This document shows, one piece after another, positions 1 to 13,025 of a stretch of DNA of 64,000 nt. The DNA is from Paramecium tetraurelia (lineage: Eukaryota), in contig CT868574.1 in the NCBI GenBank assembly GCA_000165425.1, positions 310,001 to 374,000 of the forward strand. Direction: 5' to 3'. The translations under genes were made by a program, and so were the position numbers. Under the pieces are notes generated by a model that was not told the origin of the DNA, did no database searches, and was given only the letters and a program-made list of their open reading frames with translations. The number at the start of each line of letters is the position of its first letter. Positions within the stretch are counted from its first letter, which is position 1.

Positions 1-561
1 CTTTGATACTTGAATAGTATAATTCTGTTATCCATTTATTTTAGGAGGAATCACAGAATTTGTATTTTCGGTAAATTTTTCCTCAGAATCATCCTAAATA
101 ATCATAACTTTAGAGGTCTTTTATAAATTGGATAAATCCTAATAATCCGTTTTCCTTTTCCAATAATCAGGCTTGATTTGATTTTCTTTTTCCTATTTTT
201 ATTCCTCTTTATTTACATCTTCATCACATTGTTGTTATTATTCTTAAAATTAAAATTAATGTTGATGTTATTATTATTTCCCAGCTTCTCTAAGTAAGTC
301 TAAAAAAAAGATCTCTTTGTTTTTCTCTTGTAATTTGGACTGACTCTTTTTGTTGATTTTGCTAATTGAATCTTTAGGGACCTGCCTTTCTTACTTTTAA
401 TCAAATACATCGAGCTCTATCATAAAATCTTCTCCATTTATTAATGTTTTCTTTTCAATTTCTTTAGCATATTTCTTATTCTCAGTTATTTTATTCATTT
501 TCTATTAAGATGCATTTTTCATCCATTTTGAAAACTTAGTCTAACCAATTTATTCCTGCAT
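1..561 (-). CDS. Hypothetical K/E/Q-rich protein, runs off the window start
   Basis: ATG at 561 (MQEQIGQTKFSKWMKN...), open in the ciliate code, no recognisable domain. Confidence 0.6.
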
Positions 562-835
562 TAATCTTTATTTTCTATTGATATTTAATTGGTGCTCTTT
601 CAATTATAAATTAGTATAAATCCTTTTAATTTTAAGGAAGATATAATTCTACTTATTTAAATAGTTTTTATTAATAATAATGTAAGATATTATTTTGTAT
701 GTTAGAATCTCATAATATAATCAGATAAGGATATATCTTAAAGAAATATTGTAATTCTATTAAATAATTTTGTTAATTTTCTCTTACTTTATTAATATAA
801 AAATCAAAGTAATTTATATTTAATTGATTTTATAA

Positions 836-3800
836 ATGAATTAATAGATACCAGAGATATTAGACACATAGGTAAAATATTTTGAAAATATGATAAGAAC
901 GCTCAAAATAACCAATAAGGTGTGCCCTGTAATCCTTTCGGCTAGTAAGCATCAAGTAATTTCTTGGGCTAGAGCAACTAATAGTTTTCATAAATGTAAT
1001 ACCCTCCTATTCAATTTTCGAATAATATACTTGTAAATATTTTTCTCATATTAGCCTTAATTGCCTCCATAATTTCCTTAATCACCGAATTAATTCTAAT
1101 TCTAACCAAATTAGGGCTTCCCTCAAGCAGTACCACCAATGATGCCGAGAATGAATACTCCAAACGCCAACTCTATGATGTTTCAATTTCCTTAAAATAA
1201 TGGATTCTTTCCTCAGCCGCCAATGTTGTAAAAAAATCAAGTTAAAAATAATGATGATGAGGTATAAAAATTAAAAGAAAAAGTAAGAGATTAAGAAGCT
1301 GAAATTTAAAGATTAAAAAATAAATTAAGTACTATAACCGAGGAAAGTAATAGCCTTTAATAAAATTACAAAAATAAGGACAAAGAGAACGATGAGTTAA
1401 AAGGATCTTTATAAAAATCCAAAATATCATTTAATGATGAAATTGAAAATAGAAAACAATAATTATACATTTACCAACTAAGGTGTGAGGAGCTTGAGGA
1501 AAAAGAAAGAAAATCTGCACAAGCAAACAAAAAATTATAAAATGAAATTAATATTTTAAATGATGAATATCAATAATACAAAGAAAAAATAAACTAATTA
1601 CATTAAGTGAACAATGAAAGTTCGATAAAAACCCTTTAGTAAAGTAAAAATTTGGAAGATTTAAGAAATGAAATTGATAAACTCAATGATAAAGTCAATT
1701 CTTAAAATAATGAAATTTAATAAAAAGATTAATTGATTGAGACGCTAAAAAAAATCTAAAGTGACTACATTCAAAATAAATCTTATAACTAAGATGTTTC
1801 TTCTACCACTGATAAGGCTACTTTAATTTAATTAAATAAGGATTTAGAAAATAACATCAATATTCTAGAACATAATTATAAAGAACTTGAGACAAAATTC
1901 TAAATGCTTGAAATAGAAAATAAAATGCATTAAGATAAAGCAAAATTCTTTGAGGAATGTACAGAAGAGATGAGAAGTAAATTAGAATAGAATCAAAAAA
2001 AGAATTAAAATTTTGAGAACGATGAAACCTAATAATTTATAAAAGAATTTCAATAAAGGCAACAAGATACAAAAAATAGTTAATAAGATGAAATGAAAAA
2101 AGCGAAAGAGAAATTATTATAAAAAAAATAAAAGGAATAATAAGAATAAGAGCAAAGAAACCGTGAGGGAAAATAGAAAATGTTACAACAGATAGAAAAA
2201 GCTGGTAAAATACAATGCTGTTTTGTTATGGATTTATTTAAGTAAATTAATAAATAAATATAGATCAAATGATAAACAAGCCAAAGCAATCATAAAAGCT
2301 GCTCAATCGTGCTAAAAGTTGATTAAAATAAATACCAATAGACATTCTGTTTGGGGGGCTGTATGTTACGGCTATTCAAAGACAGGATTGCAAATAAAAA
2401 CTTAAGAATTTAGTTAGTCATCTGATGATGTATCAAATTTTTTAACAAACTAAAAATTAAATCAAGATCAAAAAGATTAACCAGAAGACCTGAAAAGTGC
2501 ACTTTTAGCTATGCTCAATTTAAAATGGACTGAAAAATATAAACTTGCTATTTTAATTCCAAATTCACCCTGCCATGGAAAGATATATCATCATCCTAAA
2601 AAATATTCTACATGGTTCGGTTTATTTTCCGTTAATTACGATACAAAACCCAATGATAATTTAGAAGATATTATTAAGGAATTAATTAAAAGAGAAATTG
2701 TACTCTTAGTGATAAGATAAAATGACGAGACAACTATAATGTGTAATTAATTGTAAATACTCTATACAAAATCTAATGCTGCTCCTCTGTTTTATACACT
2801 TTCAGTCAAAGATCTTGGTTCAAAAAATTCTGATTAAAACCTTAATCAAAAGATACAACATATGGTTGGCCATATGATAGGAACTAGCAATGAAAGAACC
2901 AAAACAAAAATCAATTATTAAATGAGAGATCAAAATTTTAAGGAAGGATTAATTGACAAGAGAAATTTAAAAGAGGAAGTAATCATAATAAATAAAGATC
3001 TATAATAAGAATTTCAGAAATAAGGAGAACAATAAAAAGGAAATTTTCCAGAAGCTTCTGTTTAAGATGCAATTGAAGATAAAAATACATTTGAAAAAGA
3101 AATAGAAAAAAATAAAGATTGTTAGGATGGGGCATTGCAAGCAATATGTAAAAAAAAGGGAGATATTGCTAATTTTTAAACTTAGGTTAAATGTGAGGAT
3201 TTTAATTGCAAGGTTTATTCTGTTGAACTTAAATAAGCATCATTTGATTCGAAAATATAAAATATTGACAAAATTCGATATGAAGAAAACGATTTTGATT
3301 TAAAAGAATAAGCACAATGGCAGTGTGTAAGGACCAAAAATCCATTTGCATTAGGAATGATGAAGAAAGTATATTTAATGAAAAAAAAAAATAATACTGA
3401 AGAAATTTATGTCGTTAAAATTCCTATTGATAAAGGGACTTATAACAAATTGTCGGATGCAGTAAATGATTGTAGATCCCACTTAATTGCTAAAAATATG
3501 ATGAAACTCTTTATTGAAAAACTCACAAGCGTGAATGCGAAAACACCTTAAGTTTAGTACACACAGTTCTTAATATTGGAAGAAAATTAGAGTAAAATTT
3601 ATTATAATTTAGGTAAATATTGGATAGCAGAAAGATTCTTCGAAGGAGAGTTTAAAAAATACAACAATAATGATGGTTATATAAATGATGAAAATAATGA
3701 TTTGAATGCTATCTCTTAAGGCTTCTCCTTCTTTACTTATTAGATGAGCTCATTTAACTACATTATCAATGATATATAAGGAATTAAAAATTACTTTACT

Positions 3801-3972
3801 GATCCAGCTATTAATACTGTTAAAGGTACTAATAAATAAAAAACTAAATTTAGGTAATTTTGACGAAACAGATGTTGGAGAAGAAGGCATTTCAAATTAT
3901 TTGACAATTTTTTAAGCAAAAAAAGATATATGTGAATAGTTATTAAACTCAATAGGTATTGATATCGATTGA
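836..3972 (+). CDS. Coiled-coil + vWA + alpha-kinase (MHCK/eEF2K family, VwkA-like) protein, copy 1
   Basis: vWA segments CCFVMD and LIPNSPCHG; alpha-kinase motifs NPFALGMMKKVYLM, WIAERFFEGEFKKYNNN, INDIQG...FTDPAI; tiny introns; TGA at 3970-3972; start uncertain. Confidence 0.85.
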
Positions 3973-4051
3973 TTATATTCCATATCAAATATTCTTACGA
4001 TTATAATATATGAATTATAACCCAAATATTAGTAATGATATATAAATCAAT

Positions 4052-7000
4052 TCATTTTTCTGTGAGTTCTCTAAAGCCCTTCCAATCATAAGGCGCTCTA
4101 CCTCCAGCTGAATTTATAACTTCCAATAATGTGTTTGATGGACCATCTTTGTGTTCAGGTATCATATTCTTAATTATTTCGTTAATTTTACTAATGTTTT
4201 CATGAAAATCTTTTAAGCCTCATCCCATTCTCCCCTGATATAAGAATTAAAACCTGAAATCCATGTATCATAGAATTCCTATTCAAAATGATTTTTATAC
4301 TTAAGTATATAGTTCTCTGGCTGCAATCAAATCTTCATCTTTTTCAAAAAGTGTTGCAAGTTGAATTTTATCATCCTCAACGCTCCTTATTAAGAGATTT
4401 CTCTTGTATCTATTAACAACTCTGAATTATTTTTATTCTCTTGGTTTCATCCGACTAATATCAAAAATATCTCTTGGCTCCTTAAATTTATTTAATAGAT
4501 TCTTTATTGACAAATCCACTGTGTATAATTCCACAGGCTCAATACTTCCCTTGACTGTTACAACATCAATTAATCTTATATGATTTTGGCACGCTTATGT
4601 TAAATTTCTCTTTAAAACTCCACTAATCAGTATATATGTGCCAAATTATTTAGTTGCAGCTTCTAATCTGGATGCCATATTGACATTTGGACTCAAATAT
4701 GAAACATCAATTTTAAAGGATGATCCTATTGCACCTTCAATACCCCAGCCCAAATGCAAACCAAACCCCATTCGAACACAATAATCTTTAATTCTGGAAT
4801 TGAGTCCTTCATGTCTTTTATATTTTTCTAATTTTTTTGAAAGAGATACAGAGATTATGATTTTCAAAAATGATAACACTGCCATATCTCCTCTTTGTTT
4901 AACATTATGATCATTATGCAATATTAACTTATTTGTTTATGGATCTACGTGATATTTCATGTCAGGATACTTCCACACTAGGAGAAATGCATCTCCAATA
5001 TTTTTATTAACAGAACCACCATACGTATCAACTGTAAAATGGACAATTTCTGCAATTTCATTAACAAAAACCATAACATCTTCTTATAATACTTCAGTGG
5101 CATCAGTAAAATTACGAATATCACAAAAACCAAAAATTGCAAGCACTCTTTTTCCAGGTATCATAGGATCTACACTTCCACCCTTTTTAATATTTTCTGC
5201 TATAATCTCTGAACCTGCTTCTCCAAAACCAACAGCCAATAATGCTCCTATTTTCATTATAAGTTCTTGTAACAAATATGTCTCTGTAGTCTACTCAATT
5301 TGTCTTTATCTAATTTTTTAAATATCTTTGTTTTTTTCTAACTCCTAGGTAATAAGATCTTCCTATTCTTCAATATTTACAGCCTCAAGTGGATTGTTAG
5401 CTATTAATTCTATCTTTTGTATCATTGTTTCAATAGGTTCAATTATTAATTCTGTGACATCTTTATTAAACAAAATGGCACTTAATGCCAACACAATACA
5501 AACAAATACAGTTTAAAAAATAGATAATATAGCATTAATTTTATTATAATCGACCAAATCTGAAACAGAGTATGTGATCAATTAATTGTTAGCATCGGTT
5601 GTTACAAAGTATTATTGATCTGAAAATCGATATTGGCTTTTGACCATTTCTGTTGATTAAAACCACTCAGGATTTTTAGTATAATTATACTCAGTATATA
5701 TTTGATTTAAATCATCTTGGAGTACTAAAACTGATTGAATAGGGTAGATTTCGTGATTATGGAATTATACATACTGTTAGATAAGCATATCTGTAATTGG
5801 TAAATTCTTTCTAAATTAACTAATTCTCAATATTCCAGAGTCATAGCTATTAATAATTTCAGAATATGTATCCAAAGTAAGAATTGGAATGCTTATTAAT
5901 ATGGAAATAATAATAGTAATGGCTCTTCTCATTACTAAGTCTTACAATTGAGATCCTACATGAGATTCTTAGATTTAATCACTTTATGAATGAGTTGATT
6001 ATTTTAATTGTTCATTATTACTACTGTTTTGATCATGTTCTGATTAAGATCTAGAATTTTTACTTTTATTGATATAAGGGAGTTAAGAATTCAGATCTCC
6101 TGCCTTATGCTTCTTTTTATTTTACTATAATACTGAAATTCTAATTAAATAATTTTATTTTTATTTGTTCTATTATTATTGATGCTATTATTATGATGAA
6201 TTGAGTTTCTGTTCATCTTTCAATAGCAATTCTTACAGAATACTTTTTTGTTTTTCTTTTTCTATTTGTTATCTCGCATGTTTATATAATTTGATCAATC
6301 TAACTAATCTTATAATTCTTATCACCCTGGCCGCTTTCCTTGCTGTTCTTGAAGCCTTGCCTAAAGCTTTGAGAGTGGCAGCATTTTAAACATCCCCCTC
6401 ATCACCGTACCAATGATCTGTAAGCCAACCGATGTCTAATATCATTGTTGCAGTAGATATCAAATCAAGCCAAAAGTAAAACTATTGCGATCAAAATCTA
6501 AATACATTAAATAGATAGGCTGGATTGACTATGCAAGTTAATACAATTTCTATTGTGAAACACGCAATACAAACTGATGTCAAAATAAAGAAAATGTCAT
6601 CTCCATCCTTGTTGACAGATAAGATTCTTATATCATCTCCAAATAATGCATAGATTGTCACAAGAGCCATCAATAATGAAAAACCCCATCCATCTATAAA
6701 TCTTTACAACTGCTTTTGACGAATTTAGTTCTTACTGAGTATTTAAGGCTTTGATAATCGTGCTCTAATTTTTTCAGCAGCTTTAGTTTTATGGGGTTGT
6801 TGACTTCTCATACTTTTAGGTGTTTGTAATGAGATGGCTTCATGACTTGAAGGGGTGCCCATTTTTCTGGGCTCCTCTTCCTCAAATTCAATGATTACTT
6901 TCTTGACAAGAGGCGTACATTTTGGTTTTTCGGTAAACTGAATAATAGAATAAATGGTTATTTGTTACAAGTGGAGCATGAGTATAATAATTTTCAGTGT

Positions 7001-7180
7001 CAGAGGATCTACTCTAATTTTCAACTGAACAGTCTGGTTTTTTAGCATAGTATAAATATAATTAGATACTGGTTGTGGCTCATTGTGATGTGAATTGTAA
7101 TTTTTAATAACCTAACCTGGCATACGATATTCATCACTTTCTAAATCCCAATGGTTATAATTGTCATCCAATTCTGCCAT
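4052..7180 (-). CDS. Adenylyl cyclase with N-terminal voltage-sensor/ion-channel-like membrane domain (ciliate/apicomplexan type)
   Basis: TM helices with S4-like RKAARVIRIIRLVRLIKLYK; class III cyclase motifs FGFCDIRNFTD, NKNIGDAF, GFGLHLGWGIEGAIGS, KIDVSYLSPNVNMASRLE. Confidence 0.92.
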
Positions 7181-7209
7181 ATGAGTATATAAATATTTTT
7201 ATAAAATTT

Positions 7210-8340
7210 ATGAAAATCATATTTCTATGTTTGATGATGACACTTGTATTGTGTCATATTTAACCAGATATTAGATCAGGGAAAGTGAAGAGCAAAGGAG
7301 TCAATTTAGGTGGGTGGTTTGTAGTAGAGCATTGGATGACATCTAGCTCCGTGATTTGGGAAGGAGTCCCAGAGTATTATCATGGATATGGTGAATATGG
7401 ATTAATGTCCTATTTAGGTCATAGTGTTGGAGATGCTAGATTTGAAAAGCACAGATAAGAATGGATCACAGAATAAGACATAGCAGAATTGGCATCATAT
7501 GGAATTAACACTGTTAGAGTCTCTGTTGGCTTTTGGATAGCTGGATTTGATAAAACTGGTGGATCAGATTGGAAGATATTTGCCCCAAATGGTCTCAAGT
7601 ATTTAGACTAATTAATCAAAAATTGGGCCGTAAAATATAATGTGGCAGTCCTTGTCCAAATACATGCTGCCAAGGGATCATAAAATGGTTTGGATCATAG
7701 TGCTCCACCTGTTCCTGGTTAATCTTATTGGGCCTAATATCCTGAAAATGTGAGAAATACTGTTGATCTTGCAGTATTTTTGGCTGAAAGATACAAATAA
7801 GAAATAGCATTTTTAGGAGTGGGATTACTAAATGAACCTGCAGGAACAACTGATGAAGCCACACTTAAACAATATTACCTTACTGCCATTTCAGAAATCA
7901 GAGCCACAGGAAACGATTGTATTCTTACTGTTGCTCCATTACTTTATGAGTAAGATCCAGATCATTTCAACGATTTTGCTTTGAAAGAACCTCATATATG
8001 GTAAGAATGGCATAAATATTTGATTTGGGGTTATGAGGATATGAATGAAGAATAAATTCTGAGTATTGGAATCCCAGGAGTCTAAAAATAACTCGATATT
8101 TGGAAAGGAAATCCAATATTTATTGGAGAATGGAGTATTGCAACTACTGACAATGCACCTTTTGCTAGTGTAGAAAGTTTCAAGTCTTTTGGAAACAAAT
8201 ACAGAGACACTATCACATCTGCTAAGGGAGGTTGGACCTATTGGACATGGAAGACTTCCTATGATGAAACTCAAGACATTAGTCAAAGGAATGCATGGTC
8301 GCTAAGATAACTTCTTAGAAATGGTTGGTTTACCGTCTGA
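7210..8340 (+). CDS. Secreted glycoside hydrolase family 5 (exo-1,3-beta-glucanase-like)
   Basis: Signal peptide MKIIFLCLMMTLVLC; GVNLGGWFVVEHWM; acid/base LLNEP; nucleophile FIGEWS; 377 codons, no intron. Confidence 0.92.
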
Positions 8341-8363
8341 TATAGATTTAATAAATTATCTAA

Positions 8364-8885
8364 TCATTTTTCTTCTTCAATTCCGTTTAATGTTTTCTCA
8401 ACCTATTCCTTCACTCTTCTATAATATTCAGCTCTGTCAGACATATATAACTATATTACAGAATTTATCTTACTTTAGCGGCCTCTGGGTTTGCAGGCGA
8501 ATTCGGATTTGGGTCACACAAGAGCGATCTAATAGATGTTAAAATTGCCCACACATCCAAGATTGGAGTCCATTGTTCCTTTAAAATATCTAAGCAAATT
8601 CTTCCATCTGGATAGACATTTGGATGATATATGGGAGGAGCAAATCTAACTTCAGGTGGTTTTGTAGGATAATCATTTGTAAAAGCTAATTTTAATTCAA
8701 AGCATCCTCCTTCCCAGGGTGTTTATTCTGGTCTAATTATCACATTTAATCAGATACCCAAAAATCACAGCTTCCCAATGAAAAATATCATTTTCTTAAG
8801 GGGAAGCCATAAAGTCTTCTTAATTTTCTTACTATATTTTCTTAAAATCCATCAATAATCTCTTTTAAGCTAGTCCTTATTACAT
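8364..8885 (-). CDS. UBC2: Ubiquitin-conjugating enzyme E2, RAD6/UBC2-like
   Basis: [15 protein letters not shown] active site; [23 protein letters not shown]; tiny introns. Confidence 0.88.
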
Positions 8886-8915
8886 TATTTTTTAATAAAT
8901 ATTAATATATATATT

Positions 8916-10659
8916 TCAATCTCTTTAATTTTGCTTCTTCTTTTTATTTTTTTATTTAACAAATACAGGAAAATCTAAATCACTTAGTTTGACTACTTCT
9001 TGATTTGTGGTCTCTTTCTTAATCGGTTACTCGATTTCAACTTTTTGTTCAGTTTTTTGTTATTATAAACCCCATGTTTTTGAAAATGGATTAATTTTAA
9101 TTTGCGAACATTCTTCATTTAAACTTGGAAATTAAGATTCTAAATCTAGATTAATCTCTTATTTTTATTATTATTATTGTTATTATTATTATTATTATTA
9201 TTGTTATTATTATTACTATTATTATTATTATTATTAATCGATTTCTGTTTTATCATCTTGTACATCATTTTATTATTAACTTATATTTTTAACACCTGGC
9301 AACTCTGGAAAATTTTATTCATCAAATTCTAATTCATCCTCTTATAAATTTTAATAATTGTAATCACCTCCATTTTCAATTATATATTATTTTTAAATCT
9401 ATTAAGCTTGAATTTGATTAAATCTTTCCTCTTGTCTTAATTTTTCTTTTCTCTATCTCTCTCTTAGATCTGAAATCTAAATTTATATTTAAGACATACT
9501 TCTCGTGAATATTCCTTAAAATTATCTTGATTTAAAATCTATTTTAAATCAATTTCATAAAAATAGAATTCTGTATTCAGTGGAATATGAGAAAGAAATC
9601 TTAGATATTAAATATGAAATTACTTATATTTAGTTTAAGTTTTTCCATTCTAAGTAAATTGATCTTTTTAGATTAAGAATGATTCAATTTGATGAGGAAT
9701 ATTATCATTTCCAAATTAAAGAGCAATATATTTATGACATAAAGGATGCAAAAATCCTAAAAGCCCATTTGAATCTTAAAAAAATCTATAAATAACTTCA
9801 TTTTATTTTTGAGAGAATGACTTAAGTGCAATTTCAGGTTTATTATCAAGGTTCCTTTTTGGTAATTTATCTTATCTTTCTAAAAGAAATTATATAGATT
9901 ATTGGATTGGCTCCTAAATTTCAGTCTCACAAAACTCGATATAGCTGAAATAGTGATGATAATTTACTGTTATAGTTATTAAATTTCTTCTTCAAAAATT
10001 TTCAATAAATAGGATTCATTGGCAATTAAAGTTCTTGCATAGACGATTGATTCTCTTCCATTAATATATAATTCTGTTTCATTTTTATATCTTTAAATTT
10101 GATTTAAAAGTACAGTGTCTCCAACATTTTTAATTTTGTGCTTGATAATTTTCACCGATTTCAATTCAGACAATATTGCCAGTTCTCCACACAGAGGGCA
10201 CTTTTAATTAAATTTTGCTAAATTATTAAAGAATAATGACTTTACATTGAAGTTTGTGTCTTTAATAACATGGAAGACAATATATGTGTCCGCATGGTGT
10301 GATGTAAGGAGTTATGATGTCATGATCGCTTATACAAATAGGACAAGTAATATCTTGAGTTGTCGAGTAAATTACTTAATACACATCATCCCACCTAACT
10401 TCTTCTTTGATAATATAGAATGTCTCTATTTACTGATGGGTTGTTAAAGTAAGACCAATTAAAATTTGGATTTCATGTATGATTGTTGCCGAATTTGCGC
10501 TTGATATGAAGTCAATTACTAAGGTTTTCTTCTTTGAGGTTCTGAATCTGATGGTTGAATGTCTTTGGCAACCTAGAACCCAGCAAATTCATGCAATTGA
10601 TGAAATTAAATCTTCTAGACCTATTGCTTCTTTAACTTTTTAGTTAATTATTAATCCAT
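8916..10659 (-). CDS. RING E3 ligase, RNF10/Mag2-like
   Basis: C3HC4 RING CPICI...ITPCGHIYCLPC...CPLC; FFQDSNG..FLHPL and FLSHIPLNTEF resemble conserved RNF10 blocks; C-terminal polyQ. Confidence 0.8.
9166..9236 (-). repeat. (TAA/CAA/TAG)n coding microsatellite giving polyglutamine in the RNF10-like protein
   Basis: TTA/TTG triplet run on the + strand inside the minus-strand ORF. Confidence 0.8.
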
Positions 10660-10733
10660 TGATAATAAATTAATGTTATCAAAACAATTATCAATTCAAC
10701 TAATTATTAATAAATAAATCTTCAAATACACAT

Positions 10734-11294
10734 ATGAACCATCAAGGGTTTTTTGGAACTGCTTTAAAACGTAATTCTAAAAAATTAAATTCAAAAAGAG
10801 GTGAAGAATGTCTTAATAATAAATTATTCGCGAATGATAATCTAAGAAAAATCTAATTACCAAAATAACTTACTTAACAATATTGCTTCTCTTTTGAGCA
10901 AGGGGTAAATGGTATAAGGATAGAAACCAAATCGCCATCAAAATAATTGAGAGTATCCAACAATTCGAAATAAAATATTGAAAATACATCATTTTAACCT
11001 GAAACTTTAAAGTTTTCCTATAATCAACAGTTCTTAGCACATGATATATCCCCCTTGATTAGAATAAGAAAGCTCTAACTTGATAGAGTTAGTTAGAATC
11101 AAAAATAACTAACAGTAGGTTAGTAGTGTTTTGATTTTTTAACTAATAAAAGAATACGGGCCTAATCTTTTGTAGAGGAAAGATGCTTATCTCCAGATTA
11201 AAAGAAGACTAGACCTCGACTAAATTTACTAATTTAAAGAAATCTCCATAGTGAATCATTTAGATAATCAGATAACTAACTTGAAAATTACTGA
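10734..11294 (+). CDS. Hypothetical protein (~186 aa)
   Basis: ATG 10734 to in-frame TGA 11292-11294. Confidence 0.6.
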
Positions 11295-11485
11295 TTGATA
11301 TTAATTGAATTTTATTTACAATTGCTTTTATTTATTAAGTGATTATTGTTATTAATATTTATTTTTTATTCTTATTTAATAAAGTTAAGAATAAAATGAG
11401 AGTCAAACAAGGGAAAGTTAAAGATATCAAACATAAATTTATGTTTTGAATAATAATAGAAAGTAGAATGAATAAATCTATAAAA

Positions 11486-12928
11486 TCAACTTGAAGTTTC
11501 AGGACTTCTAACTTTTTTTAAAAAACTTATTTCTAGTCTCTCATCTATTTCTTCCGATAAAATATTTCTTTCTATTTCTTAGATGAAAAAATTATCTTTG
11601 TATTGTTCTTGAAATTTTAATCTATTAGTCAAATATATTTTTAATCGAATTGCATACAAACCCTAATTTAAAAGCAATTTAATCCCCGAATGTGGATCTG
11701 CCTAATTATTGATTAAACAATCAAATAGTTAAATTAAATATATTATTAATTAATGTTTATATGTTATTAACTAATAAATTGATCGGTCTGAATAAACAAT
11801 ATGTATTTTTGATCTAGAAATGATGAAGTACCTACTACTAAATTTTTGGAGAATGTCAACTAAGTTTATAGAAGTAATTTCTTTGTTATTGTAGAGAAAC
11901 ATCGAAAAGACACCCAATAAAAAATGTTTTTAGTGTTGATACTTGATTTGGGGCTTTTTAATTTGAAATATCCTTTGACGAAGATTTGTTTATTTGGGAA
12001 TGTAACTTGTTGTTAAGAGTTTGAGTTTCTCTAAAATAATGAGATAATTAATTTAATCCAATCCAATTGCACAAACCCTTATATTAAATTTATGAGTCTT
12101 ATTTTAATATACCAAATCGAAATCTAACTTTTCATTTCTTTTATCAAATAAATAAATTTCTAAACTATTATTTTCTACTTTGCATTTTCTTAAAAAATGT
12201 CTAAAATTGCAACCACAACAATCATCCTGGTTATAATAGGGGAAGAAATCTTGATTGTAAGCTCTATTGACTTAAAAAGACATATTTTTGTCCTTGTAAG
12301 TAAATAAATTAAACGGTTTTTTTATTATAAATGGTAAAGACTCTTCCCATCTTACTTCTCTCAAATTTAGAAGGAATTATCTTCTTGAATTCCAATCACA
12401 AATATACAATGTTAATACTAAGAATACATTTGTTATCAGTCCCAAAATTATTCCCAGCATATCTATTCGATGACTCTTGATTGTTGTAAAGAAGATTTTC
12501 ATACTCAAATGGATAAATACCTAGAAAACGCTGTATGGAAAATCAGTCATAAAATAAACAACCACTGAAAGCATAGCATAATAGCTACCATACGAATAAT
12601 ATTCTTAAGGAAAAGTGTTATTTTCATCGAAATTAATTTATAGTAATCCTGCTGAAAGGTTCGAAATGATTAATGCATACTTAATGTATTATTTTTTATA
12701 ACAGGCTAAAAAGAGTTCGAATATTACTAGTATCACAAAACCTACATTCATCCAACTTTGATTATTGACTGTGTAATAGGTATAGTCTAGAATTACTTTC
12801 AATAGATTTAAGGCAAATGACATAACAAGAAGCCAATAGAAGATAGGTTTTTGCAGAGTATTTAATTTATTTTCCTAGTAGTCCTTTTCTATTTTACTGT
12901 CTTTGAATGTTAGGAGGAATTTATTCAT
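11486..12928 (-). CDS. Multi-pass membrane protein with MNKFLLTFKD N-terminus (Paramecium-type sensor-like family)
   Basis: Hydrophobic N-terminal helices followed by a cytoplasmic region; N-terminus resembles that of the gene at 60367-61896. Confidence 0.6.
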
Positions 12929-13025
12929 TCACTTTTTAATTTATAATTTTATTTTGTATATTATAGCTTATAAAGAAGTTGTAATTTCTAATTTCTTTAT
13001 TTTATAAATCACAACATCTAAATTA

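Noticed and set aside
9166..9236. (TAT)n run as a second retroelement tail
   Set aside because: It lies in frame in the RNF10-like gene, where TAA codons encode polyQ.
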